Source: Hormiphora californensis
Lineage: Eukaryota; Animalia; Ctenophora
Assembly: GCA_020137815.1 (NCBI GenBank)
Contig: CM035353.1
Location: forward strand, 7,068,001 to 7,132,000
Reading direction: 5' to 3'
DNA length: 64,000 bases
Part shown: positions 27,549 through 39,003 of the stretch, one piece after another
How the letters are laid out: every line of letters begins with the position of its first letter
Position numbering within the stretch: the stretch's first letter is position 1
Notes under the pieces: generated by a model
What the model was told of the DNA's origin: nothing
The model's database searches: none
The model's input: only the letters and a program-made list of their open reading frames with translations
Translations under genes and position numbers: made by a program

Positions 27549-29091
27549 GGCAATTTTGCATTTGCGGGCATCGCACTATAGACGCAGTACCCACGTACTA
27601 TAGACGCATTATAGACGCACTATAGACGCATTATAGACGCAGTATAGACACACGCAATATAGACGTACTTTCGTAAGCAGCAGTATAGACGCAGTATAGG
27701 CGCATTATAACAGCAATATAAACGCATTTTTATAGACGCGACGCAGTATAGCCGCATTATAGGCGCACTACCCACCCCAAAATCACTTTATAGACGCACT
27801 ATAGACGCACTATAGACTGACTATAGCAGCACCATAAACGCTACATAGACGCATATAGACGCATGATAGAAGCATTATAGACGCAAATCGCTTTTTATAG
27901 ACGCCGCGTCTATAAAAAACATGCTTTTTTAAGAAGCACTATAGACGTACTCAGACGCACGCTGCGATATTTGAGGCGCAGTTGGGCGAACTATAAACGC
28001 ATTTTTGTCGCATATAAAAAGAAGCAGTATAGACGCATTATAGACGCATTATAGCCGCATGTGTGCGAAATCGATAAAGACGCAATATAGACGCAAAATA
28101 AGAAGGAGAGGGAGAGAGACTAGAGGGAGGGAGGGAGGGAGGGAGGGAGAGGGAAGGAGAGGGAAAGAGGGAGGGATAAAGAGACAGATCAGACAGAGAC
28201 AGATGGACACAGATCTGAGACAGACGGACAGAGTAAGATGGAGAGAGATTAAGATGGAGAGAGAGAGTGAGACAGAGAGGGAGATAGTAAGCGCGTGTTT
28301 GTCCGTCCGTCTGTCTCTGTCCGTTTGTTTCCATCTCTGTCTTTTTCTGTCTCACTCCGTCCCTATATATCACTCTCTTTCCATCTTACTCTCTTTCCAT
28401 CTTACTCTGTCCTTCTATCTCAGGTCTTTATCCGTCTATCTCTGTTTCTGTCCCTGTATCCCTCCCTCAGTCCCTCCCTCTCTTTCCCTCTTTCCCTCTC
28501 CTTCCCTCTCCCTCCCTCCTTCCCTCTCCCTCCCTCTCCTTTTTATTTTGCGTCTACATTGCGTCTTTATCGATTTCGCACACATGCGGCTATAATGCGG
28601 CTATAATGCGTCTATACTGCTTCCTTTTATATGCGACAAAAATGCGTTTATAAAACGCCCAACTGCGCCTCAAATATCGCACTGCAGCCTGGAGTACGTC
28701 TATAGTGCTTCTTAAAAAAGCACGTTTTTTATAGACGCGGCGTCTATAAAAAGCGATTTGCGTCTATAATGCTTCTATCATGCGTCTATGTAGCGTTTAT
28801 GGTGCTGCTATAGTCAGTCTATAGTGCGTCTATAGTGCGTCTATAAAGTGATTTTGGGGTGGGTAGTGCGCCTATAATGCGGCTATACTGCGTCGCGTCT
28901 ATAAAAATGCGTTTATAATTATATTGCTGTTATAATGCGCCTATACTGCGTCTATACTGCTGCTTACGAAAGTACGTCTATATTGCGTGTGTCTATACTG
29001 CGTCTATAATGCGTCTATAGTGCGTCTATAATGCGTCTATAGTACGTGGGTACTGCGTCTATAGTGCGATGCCCGCAAATGCAAAATTGCC
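27549..29091. mobile_element. MULE/Foldback-type element with long, internally repetitive TIRs
   Basis: GGCAATTTTGCATTTGCGGG...CCCGCAAATGCAAAATTGCC; arms of at least 550 bp built from ATAGACGC units; 9-bp TSD GCACAGCTC. Confidence 0.85.
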
Positions 29092-29161
29092 GCACAGCTC
29101 ATTATAATGCCATATATGTGTAATCGTAATGTTTTAGTTTCAAGTGCCACTGAAGTGTGCA

Positions 29162-32100
29162 ATGGCTGAACCTCTAACACGGAACACCATAAAGGTTAGA
29201 TCATTAAGTGAACTCTCTCACCTTTTAATTGATCTTCAGTCGGACCCCTGTTAAATGCTGCCCTGTAGATCAGGTTTGAAGTACATCATGTAATTCTCAT
29301 TGCAGGTTTAAAGTACATCATGTAATTCTCATCAGGTTTAAAGTAAGAGTGGCGCGCCGTGTTTTCTCACAAAACTTGGTGGATGAACGGGGAGTACCAC
29401 CAGGACCATTGGTACGGTATCGAAAATTTCCAATTCTGTCTCGTTCATTAGTTATGACGTAATATGTTCATTATTTCAACTTTCACAAAATTGCTCTACA
29501 GAAAAATATGTTCATTGTGGATTGAAATGGATGCTTGCATCGTGTTCAGCGTCAAAAAATAGCCGGGGTACCAAATTTTGGTGTCTCTACCTTGTCTGTG
29601 ACGCGAGATATCGACAATTATCAAAAACGACCAAAAATGGGAGAAAGAGAGTTTGTTATCTTTGGGTGCTAGTTGTTTGTGCGCGCCACCCACTTGTAAC
29701 AATCTCTCTTTCTCTCACTTTTGTCGTTTTTTATATTTGTCAATATCTCGCGTCACAGACAAGGTAGAGACACCAAAATTTGGTACCCCGGCTATTTTTT
29801 GACGCTGAACACGATGCAAGCATCCATTTCAATCCACAATGAACAGATTTTTCTGTAAAGCAATTTTGTGAAAGTTGAAATAATGAACATATTACGTCAT
29901 AACTAATAAATGAGACGGAATTGGAAATTTTCTATACCGTACCAATGGTCCTGGTGGTACTCCCCGTTCATTCACCAAGTTTTGTGAGAAAACATGGCGC
30001 GCCACTCTTACTTTAAAGTACATCATGTAATTCTCATTGCAGGTGGTTGTTGTTGGGGATGGAGCGGTAGGAAAGACATGCCTTCTCATTTCTTACGCTA
30101 AAAACAGCTTCCCAACGGCCTACGTTCCAACAGTAAATATCCAACATTAATTAGAAAGATTTTACGGGGTTATAATGTATAGTGATAAATATTAAATAAT
30201 ATATTCACTGACCGAGTACCTTGGTAATGAAATTACCCCTCTGTTATTATTGCTTGTGCAATAAAAGGGGTGACTTCGTAACCAACCGAGTACCTTTGAC
30301 GTATTCACGTGATTGCATGCATGAAACATTCAATATTTAGATAACTTTAGAGACTTTTAGACTTTCAGAAAGTGCTTTCCGATGCAAAACAACACATTTG
30401 CATTTACCGGCCATTTCTTTTGTAGGTGTTTGATAACTATTCTGTAACGGTCGTTATTGGCGGAGAACCCTACATAGTCGGACTTTTCGACACTGCTGGT
30501 AGGTCATATCCAGTCACTTTATACTGTTTCCTTTTATTCATCATTTTAGTATGGCAAAGCTTGTCAACTCTCCAATCGATTTTATTGGTCTGCCTCTTTT
30601 CTGATCATAACTTGTGATTTCAGGTCAAGAGGACTATGACAGGCTAAGACCACTTTCATACGCAAACACTGACGTGTTTCTAGTGTGCTTCAACATCAAC
30701 CTCCACCCGTCATTTGAAAACGTTAAAGAAAAGGTATTACAGTCGGACCCCGATTTAACGGCCCCCGATTTAGCGGCACCCCGATTTAACGGCATCCTAA
30801 TCTTCCCCCGATATAGAAAATCCACAGTATTTGACCCCGATTTAGCGGACACCCCGATTTAACGGACAAAACCCTTTCCCCCGAGGGTGCAGGTGCCGTT
30901 AAATCGGGGTCCGACTGTATTTGCAAGTAAACTAGTCTTGCAAGATCTTGGTCATGCGAATGAGTTTAGAATTAAACCTCACTGCTGCACGCATCATCAG
31001 CTCCTGCATAACTCAAATAATCTAATCAATTTATCAATGGGGGAAAACAGTCGTGCCTGGACCTGCAGCCTCAAGTTCAGGCCACGGCTATAATTTTCCA
31101 CTGAGACCTGCGAGTGGCACGACTGTTTTCCCCATTTACTGATACACTTTCTATAGTGGGTACCAGAGATCTCCCATCATTGCCCGCGGATCCCCTATAT
31201 CCTGGTAGGAACACAAGTTGACAGACGCGGGGACGCATCTTGCGATGTATCGGTCAGTAACGTTTACAGTACGGTTTAATTTAAGTTAAGAAAATTAATG
31301 AACCCTGTGGTGGGAGAAATGGCTCACCCTAGAACAATTGCAAGTTAATAGCAAAAATGCATAATAACCTGTAAATCACTTGTAATTCGAAGTTCAAACT
31401 AGTTTTGAAATAGTTTTGAAATTTTTTTAGAAAAATTTTAGTTTTGAAATAGCTTTTGAAATAGTTTTGAAATAGCTTTTGAAATAGTTTTGAAATAGCT
31501 TTTGAAATAGCTTTTGAAATAGCTTTTGAAATAGCTTTTGAAATAGCTTTTGAAATGGCTTTGGACGGGTGGTAGAAATGGCTCATGTGGCTCATCTGGC
31601 AGCTGCACGATCATTATGAACACAAGGACATTCATATAAAAGCGAAAACCAGTGTACCCGACTAATTTTAGTACGCTGAATCACGTGAGCAACTCTGGCA
31701 AGCGCTCAGATGTGAAGAAAGTGCCCTAATTGAGCATAATTGGGTGTAATTGACCGGACTTACAACTTTTCTCCTGGAAACGCTAGAAGTTAATGTGAGG
31801 GCACTTTTCCGACTAACTTTGATACGCTGAATCACGTAAAAAACTTTTCCAAGCCCTCAGAGGTGAAGAAAGTGCCCTAATTGAGCAATTATGGTCAATT
31901 AGACCCAATCAGACTCAATTAGGGCAATTTCCCCGCCTCTTAGGGCTTGGAAAAGTTGCTTACGTGAATCAGCGTATCAAAGTTAGTCGGAAAAGTGCCC
32001 TCACATTAACTTCTAGCGTTTGCAGGAGAAAAGTTGTAAGCCCGGTCAATTACACCCAATTATGCTCAATTAGTGCACTTTCTTCACATCTGAGCGCTTG

Positions 32101-33062
32101 CCAGAGTTGCTCACGTGATTCAGCGTATTAAAATTAGTCGGGTACACTGGTTTTCGCTTTTATATGAATGTCCTTGTGTTCATAATGATCGTGCAGCTGC
32201 CAGATGAGCCACATGAGCCATTTCTACCAGCCGTCCAAAGCCATTTCAAAAGCTATTTCAAAAGCTATTTCAAAATCTATTTCAAAAGCTATTTCAAAAC
32301 TATTTCAAAAGCTATTTCAAAACTATTTCAAAAGCTATTTCAAAACTAAAATTTTTCTAAAAAAATTTCAAAACTATTTCAAAACTAGTTTGAACTTCGA
32401 ATTACAAGTGATTTACAGGTTATTATGCATTTTTGCTATTAACTTGCAATTGTTCTAGGGTGAGCCATTTCTCCCACCACAGAACCCTGATATGTAGGAA
32501 ATTCATAAAATTTCGCCCCATAACAACTTTTTTTTCAAAATTCATCTTCGATTCTATACAAAATGTATAAACTTCCAAATTTCCCTAATTTAGAAACAGA
32601 TATCCAAGCAACGAGGTGAAAAGTTGGCAAAGGAGATCAAAGCAGCGAAATATGTCGAGTGCTCAGCACTCACACAACAAGGTAACATATTTACATATTT
32701 TACATATTTTACATATTTTACATATTTTACATATATCTACATTATATATATGACACATTTGAGTCAAACATTTGAGAAATGAAAATGCAATAAATTGTAT
32801 TACATGTTTTTATGCGTTATTATACCCTTCCTGAAAGACATATGTCTTATTAGACAATTTTAACCGGTTATCTAAGTTTTCACAGTACACCGTGACCACC
32901 GGTTACAGTGTACTGTGAAAACTTAGACCACTGCAAAAACACTAGTAATTATAAAGTAAAATACCGTTGCAGTGGTATGTGAAAAATTAGACACTTTCTA
33001 GTCACACGCACACAGTGTGAGCATTACAAACATTACAAACTGAGTGAACGAGATAAAGATTA

Positions 33063-33127
<65 letters not shown>

Positions 33128-33314
33128 GTGTGTGTGTGAGAGAGAGAGAGATAGGAAAAGAGAGAATCGAAGGCAGAGAGGGAAAGCAGATGCAGGACGC
33201 TCATTGGCGTGGTGCCATCACGTGACGATCACGTGACCTATAGTTGCAGATGGGAAGAAAAGATAAGGGTTAGGGCGTGTGCAGTGTGCACTGTGCAGTA
33301 GTGACTACTGCACA

Positions 33315-33355
<41 letters not shown>

Positions 33356-33367
33356 TTCTCTTTCTCT

Positions 33368-33408
<41 letters not shown>

Positions 33409-33894
33409 AATCTTTATCTCTTTCACTCAGTTTGTTTCCAAAATCATCTAATAAAATTAGATGACTGCTTTTACATGCTCTATTACACAACAATAATGTT
33501 AAAGATTCTTTCACTTTTAGGCCTCGCAGGCTCGGCCCAAAAGTACAACTACAGAGCTCGCAGGCTCGCTCGGTAGTTACACTTAGCGTGCCTCGCAGGC
33601 TCGGCAGCTAAGTAAAAGGATCTACCTCGACCTGTCGGTCTCGGTTCATTATTGTTGTATTTAGAACACTCGGCCTTCGGCCTCGTGCACTAAAAAGTAA
33701 TAGACCATTTTAACCAGTCATCTAATCATATATTAGTCAACTCCTCCTATCAGTTATACCACTCACTGCACCTTCATCAAGTTCCTGCACTTAATAATAA
33801 TCCTCATGCAGGGCTAAAAGAAGTATTTGACGAGGCTATAATGGCTGCACTCGATCCACCCGGTCCTGACAAGAAAACCTGTCAACTCCTATAA
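29162..33894 (+). CDS. cdc42: Cdc42-like Rho-family small GTPase (divergent)
   Basis: Exons 29162-29194, 30043-30132, 30426-30498, 30624-30733, 31157-31252, 32594-32681, 33812-33894. Motifs [58 protein letters not shown] and CAAX box CQLL*. Confidence 0.92.
29342..30012. mobile_element. Kolobok-like palindromic non-autonomous element in Cdc42-like intron 1
   Basis: TTAA|AGTAAGAGTGGCGCGCC...GGCGCGCCACTCTTACT|TTAA; about 280-bp arms; the empty site is reconstructable from neighbouring repeat copies (CAGGTTTAAAGTACATC). Confidence 0.78.
30739..30917. mobile_element. CAGTCGGACCCC-family MITE
   Basis: TA-flanked TIRs, 5 bp from the exon-4 donor; near-identical to 23348-23518. Confidence 0.85.
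31306..32481. mobile_element. Foldback element in Cdc42-like intron 5 with (TTTTGAAATAGC)n arrays
   Basis: TGTGGTGGGAGAAATGGC...GCCATTTCTCCCACCACA, essentially fully palindromic; flanking duplication GAACCC (or AACC if the termini are CTG..CAG). Confidence 0.85.
32851..33725. mobile_element. Element bounded by 25-bp direct repeats (possibly Crypton-like, non-autonomous)
   Basis: TAGACAATTTTAACCGGTTATCTAA vs TAGACCATTTTAACCAGTCATCTAA (22/25); subterminal GC-rich hairpins such as CACTCGGCCTTCGGCCTCGTG. Confidence 0.45.
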
Positions 33895-36260
33895 AACACA
33901 AATATTTCAAAATACGCTATAAAAAACAGTTTTTATTCATTTTTTCTAGATTTTGTTCATGTGTATTGTTTCTTTGTAGAATTGTTTTAAGTTTTGAAGT
34001 TTTGTAAATGGAATAAGAATGAACAACTTAATTGTTAATTGAACAGCTGGAGTTTAAATTTTAATTCCTGCAGGGACATTCCCTCATGAGGATGAAACAT
34101 TGGGAATTGTGAGGCCTCACAATTCTCAATGTTTCACCAATGCGACTAGCTGTACACTTAGTGACATGGACAGTGTCCATTGGACACCTATGCGAGATCG
34201 ATCTCACACAGCGGAGCGAGAATAGGTAGCAATGGTACCGAGCTATACACAGTGACCACAATGCCGAGTTCAGCTGCCGGTTGTGCTACCTAGAGGGGAC
34301 CTTTGGGAACTACGCAGCCTGTCCTTCCTTGTCCGTCAATGTCATTCCCTGTCCTTTACTGTCCTTGATCACTGTCCTTCCCTTTCCTCTCCTGTTTTCC
34401 CTTGTACTTATACCTTGTCCTCATGCCATCCCCATCAAGCCCTCGTCCCTTACTCGCCCCTAATTTATATCATTTTCTATCACCTACTACCAGACAGAAG
34501 AAGATCAGTTGTGGTAATTCGGACAGGATAATCTGCAACCCTGTTGTCTCGCTCGGTCGGTAAAACTTGTGTGTTATGTGACGTGTGTGCTACAGCCCCA
34601 GATCATGATTAAACCAAACCAAACTTAATTCCTGCTGGAAAAGTGTCACGACTCATTTTGAATCTCCCCCACATTTTCATTGCTTCTCTCAGTGTTTCTC
34701 ACACGCATCTAGTAAATCTAATTCAGCGCCCTACTTCCCACTATAACACGTGGAAGCTGCCGTCGGTTTTTGACACTTTGGGTGGCGACGTATGTATCGC
34801 AGCACAGCATTCAACTCGACACTATAGTGTATACTGTGCTGCCATGTAGTCGGGGGAGAAAGGAAAAGAGAACTTTTCATCAGGTGTCACTTTAGCTATT
34901 TCTTCAGCTGTATGTTGTACGCATATTTCTATTGCACCATATTGCATCGGTATATTAATTTGTTCTTCCTGTACGGCTACCAAGATTTTAATTGTGATAC
35001 ATGGTTTCGTATAAAATCATGCAGCGCTACTGCAGTGTACCGTTATTGCAAAAATTGTCGGGAGATTTGAACAGGTATAAAGTTGTAAAGTGATCACAGG
35101 CCACTCTAAAATATACCCCCCCCCCCCCCCCCCCCGAGTATATCCCGATAAATCAGGGTCCGAATGTGTAGGCCATTATAGGGGAGAGTATATAGAGTAT
35201 TCGAATTGTGAAAAGAATGATCTTTCGGACAATGGTACTGAGGTAAACGATGGTACCATTGGTACTGAGGTAAACGATGGTACCACACAACTAATGCATT
35301 GTACAGTATTTTGTCGAGCTCCTTGCGCAGTTTCCAGTTATGCCTTCCTTGTTATTTTCTAACTCGCCGTGCTTGTTGAGTACTCAACAACTCCGTGCGA
35401 TGTGCGCAGTGAGACATGATATGGGGATTGGGGCCAAACAAGGAAATGCCGGCGTGCCACTCCGTCAATTTTAAGTTGAGTGTTCTCATTTCTGTCAGCC
35501 TAACTGAATCCTAATAGGATTCCTAATTTTCTGGCGCCGCCGACCCCATATGAGAATCAAATGGGGGTATGGCGCCGCCATACAGACTGAATCCTAATAG
35601 GATTCCTAATTTTGCAAAAAAAACATCTGGGGCCTGGCCAAACTCAACCCATGGCCAAACTCAACCCATCCCCCCTAATAAATTTGGCCGATAGGCCATT
35701 AGGCCCTATAATATACCAAATAAAAACATTCGGGGCCTGGGGAGAAGACACACTGAAGTTCGAAGTTTGGCGGAAATATGGAATCTTCATGGTGTGTCTC
35801 ATCCTGAAATGATCAATAGTAAAGTGCTGTGCTGACAAGCGCACAGCTCTCTCACCAGAACTCGAAAATTCGGCCGATAGGCCGGATACGAGAGTTCACT
35901 GGTTTATATTACGCTTTAGTGTATAAGAGCTGTCGTTTGGGTTCGAATATGTTAGCTGTACTTGTATTACTAGGGTTGTGCTTGGTTTTACCAAATTACG
36001 TCAGAAGTCAGAACGCCCTAACATTTACCGCTTACCATGGTAGTATCATGCATTATGCAAGTTATATTATCAGTATACATGGTTTAGCAATTTTGAAATC
36101 GTTATCCAAATGAGCCTGCAGTTTGTACTAGCCCACGTCCTTCTAACTGTTTAACCGTTTACTCGTTTTAGCTAATCCGTCTCGTTTCTTCTTTCTATTT
36201 ATCTACTACAGCTGTGGCCGAGAGAGGACCAACAAAAGAAATAGAGATATACGTTTCCTT

Positions 36261-36325
<65 letters not shown>

Positions 36326-36835
36326 CCTCTCCCTCTCTCTATACTCTCTCTCTCTCTTGCTCCCACTAACAATTATCCTCTCGTGAGAGGTCTAAGAAAA
36401 GATACAGAGCCGAGAGAAGTTGTTGAGTAACAAAAAGAGAGAGAAGAGAGATCGAAAACATCATCTCAACCTCTCATCTTTTTAATCATCTCTCTCTCTC
36501 TTTCCCTCCCTCTACATAGATGTTTTGTGTATGACTCTACCGAAAGTATGTAAATGATATGAGTCATATCATTTACATATGACGATATGTTATGACGATA
36601 TATTATGTAAATGATATCCAACTTTAACTATACTATAATTAGTCTGCAAGCACACGCTATTTATGTCCCAATTAAATTTGCTTAACATTCGGTTGAAAAG
36701 GTTAACTTCCATTGTCATGTAGTACCGCGTGGTTTAGAGCTGAGTCCAATATAAAACACTATAGAGGGCGCCAAAACCCGATAGTGCTCGATCAATGATT
36801 GAGAGCTGGTTCAAACAAAGGGAAACAAGAAATTT

Positions 36836-36876
36836 TGTCAAACAAATGTTTCACCCGTAAGGGATCTTCAGTGACA
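36836..36876 (-). ncRNA. Minimal type I hammerhead ribozyme (inverted copy)
   Basis: Exact reverse complement of 38021-38061. Confidence 0.75.
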
Positions 36877-37010
36877 GTAATAAACTACTAAAAATGAAAA
36901 TCTCCGGTACTCCCCCAAAGAAATATAAGATGGTCTCACATATAAACGTTCTCAGGTGACCAAAAACAACCCACACTAGTAGACATACAATACCAATAGT
37001 AGACTACACA

Positions 37011-37051
<41 letters not shown>

Positions 37052-37455
37052 TAATTAACTCCCAGGAAATATTAAAAATGTTAAAACTAAAGTTCATATG
37101 AGGGTCTCTGTGCACAAACGAAAATAAATTTTGGCTAGGTGCCGACACGAGGGGTCTGGTTCACAGGAGAAATTTTGCCCTGTGTCGACACTTAGCCAAA
37201 ATTTCTGTTCTCGAGTTAAGTAGACGGGGATCCTTGCTCCTGTTAATGATCTCCAGCTTCTCCGAGGTGCATAAGTCGCATGATGATTGTCCGACCCGGT
37301 AGGCGTGTCCCTTTCTGATGATTCCCCAATCAATACTCCACGGTAAACCCTTCTCCTTCCTGTCCCACACCTTGTCCGATAGTTTAGTGTCCCCCCGGTG
37401 CTCTTCATGGCGGAACGAGGACGTGTGGTTGTAGAGCCTCTTCTTGAAAGTGGTA

Positions 37456-37732
37456 GCTCTACAACCACACGTCCTCGTTCCGCCATGAAGAGCACCGGGG
37501 GGACACTAAACTATCGGACAAGGTGTGGGACAGGAAGGAGAAGGGTTTACCGTGGAGTATTGATTGGGGAATCATCAGAAAGGGACACGCCTACCGGGTC
37601 GGACAATCATCATGCGACTTATGCACCTCGGAGAAGCTGGAGATCATTAACAGGAGCAAGGATCCCCGTCTACTTAACTCGAGAACAGAAATTTTGGCTA
37701 AGTGTCGACACAGGGCAAAATTTCTCCTGTGA
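37456..37732 (+). pseudogene. 5'-truncated Penelope-like GIY-YIG endonuclease fragment (mirror copy at 37161-37437 on the minus strand)
   Basis: CxxCxxEK...LLNxRxE...CRH C-terminal signature; no RT domain present. Confidence 0.8.
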
Positions 37733-37841
37733 ACCAGACCCCTCGTGTCGGCACCTAGCCAAAATTTATTTTCGTTTGTGCACAGAGACCCTCATATGAA
37801 CTTTAGTTTTAACATTTTTAATATTTCCTGGGAGTTAATTA

Positions 37842-37886
<45 letters not shown>

Positions 37887-38020
37887 TGTGTAGTCTACTA
37901 TTGGTATTGTATGTCTACTAGTGTGGGTTGTTTTTGGTCACCTGAGAACGTTTATATGTGAGACCATCTTATATTTCTTTGGGGGAGTACCGGAGATTTT
38001 CATTTTTAGTAGTTTATTAC

Positions 38021-38061
38021 TGTCACTGAAGATCCCTTACGGGTGAAACATTTGTTTGACA
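38021..38061 (+). ncRNA. Minimal type I hammerhead ribozyme
   Basis: Stem I TGTCA/TGACA, core CTGAAGA, stem II CCC-TTAC-GGG, GAAA, tiny stem III CA-TT-TG, then TT at the cleavage site. Confidence 0.75.
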
Positions 38062-38757
38062 AAATTTCTTGTTTCCAATATAAAACATGTGTGTAACTCA
38101 CCTTATTGGACAAGGTGTGTGTGTATATGAGATTGCTTGTCATATCTTGCCCGGGATCAATAAAAGCAGCGTTTTCCCTTCTTACATAGATGGTCTCTCC
38201 TATAATAAAACTTCATTCCATGTTTCACTTTCGTCCCACAAACCGCAGCTTTTTCAGATAACACAAGAGATCCCATATACGGCCATATGCATTTTTATTT
38301 AGACTATATAGCTGATACACGCGGGGAACTATTTCCATTAATTGTTATAAATCTATTCTCTCCCTTTTTAGTAGCTGGATATTGATGCTCCTGCAATATT
38401 ATGTCATACCTAGAGCTGCCACCTGGGCACTGTGATGGTTACCGGGGTAACGCAGGGAAATACACCCACCTTCCCAGGGTATCTCAAACTTCGACTAGTG
38501 GCGTGTCAACAATGTCAGGTAACAAAGATTTACACGGGGGGATTACGGGGGCTTCCAAAGGATCAGAGCCCGAATAGATCGCCCGAATAGATCGCCCGAA
38601 TAGATCGCCCGAAAGATATATCTGCGCATTACGTTTTACCACGATTTCACGTAATGCGCGAATAGATCTTTCGGGCGATCTATTCAGGTGATCTATTCGG
38701 GCATTTCTTTCGGGCCCAGCTGTAATCCACTGCCTTTTTTAATAATTTCTATGTAAG

Positions 38758-38970
38758 TATTTAGGTGCCGGCAGGCACCTCCGACCCGAAGAAAACAGAA
38801 AAAACGAAGAAAAAAAAATTTTGCCCCTGCACCAAATCCAAAAAGCCGGCCCTATATTTAGGTGCCGGCAGGCACCTCCGACCCGAAGAAAACAGAAAAA
38901 ACGAAGAAAAAAAAATTTTTGCCCCTGCACCAAATCCAAAAAGCCGGCGCTATATATACAAACGTAGGTC

Positions 38971-39003
<33 letters not shown>

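Larger units (their letters stand above)
36759..38073. mobile_element. Penelope-like retroelement remnant with an inverted duplication of the 3' end (GIY-YIG C-terminus and 3' UTR)
   Basis: Arms 36821-37437 and 37456-38076; each encodes YNHTSSFRH...TKLSDKVW...CDLCTSEK...LLNSRTEILAKCRHRAKFLL; 14-bp flanking duplication TCCAATATAAAACA (36745-36758 and 38074-38087). Confidence 0.88.

Noticed and set aside
31329-32458. Mirror ORFs KAISKAIS / KSYFKSYF
   Set aside because: Products of a 12-bp tandem array inside a foldback element
34170-34335. CRLC-containing frame resembling a LINE C-terminal zinc knuckle
   Set aside because: Too short and degenerate (in-frame stop, missing His) to call
37094-37799. 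Two 133-aa mirror ORFs (MLFMAERG...)
   Set aside because: Off-frame reading across the palindrome centre; the meaningful frame is the GIY-YIG fragment
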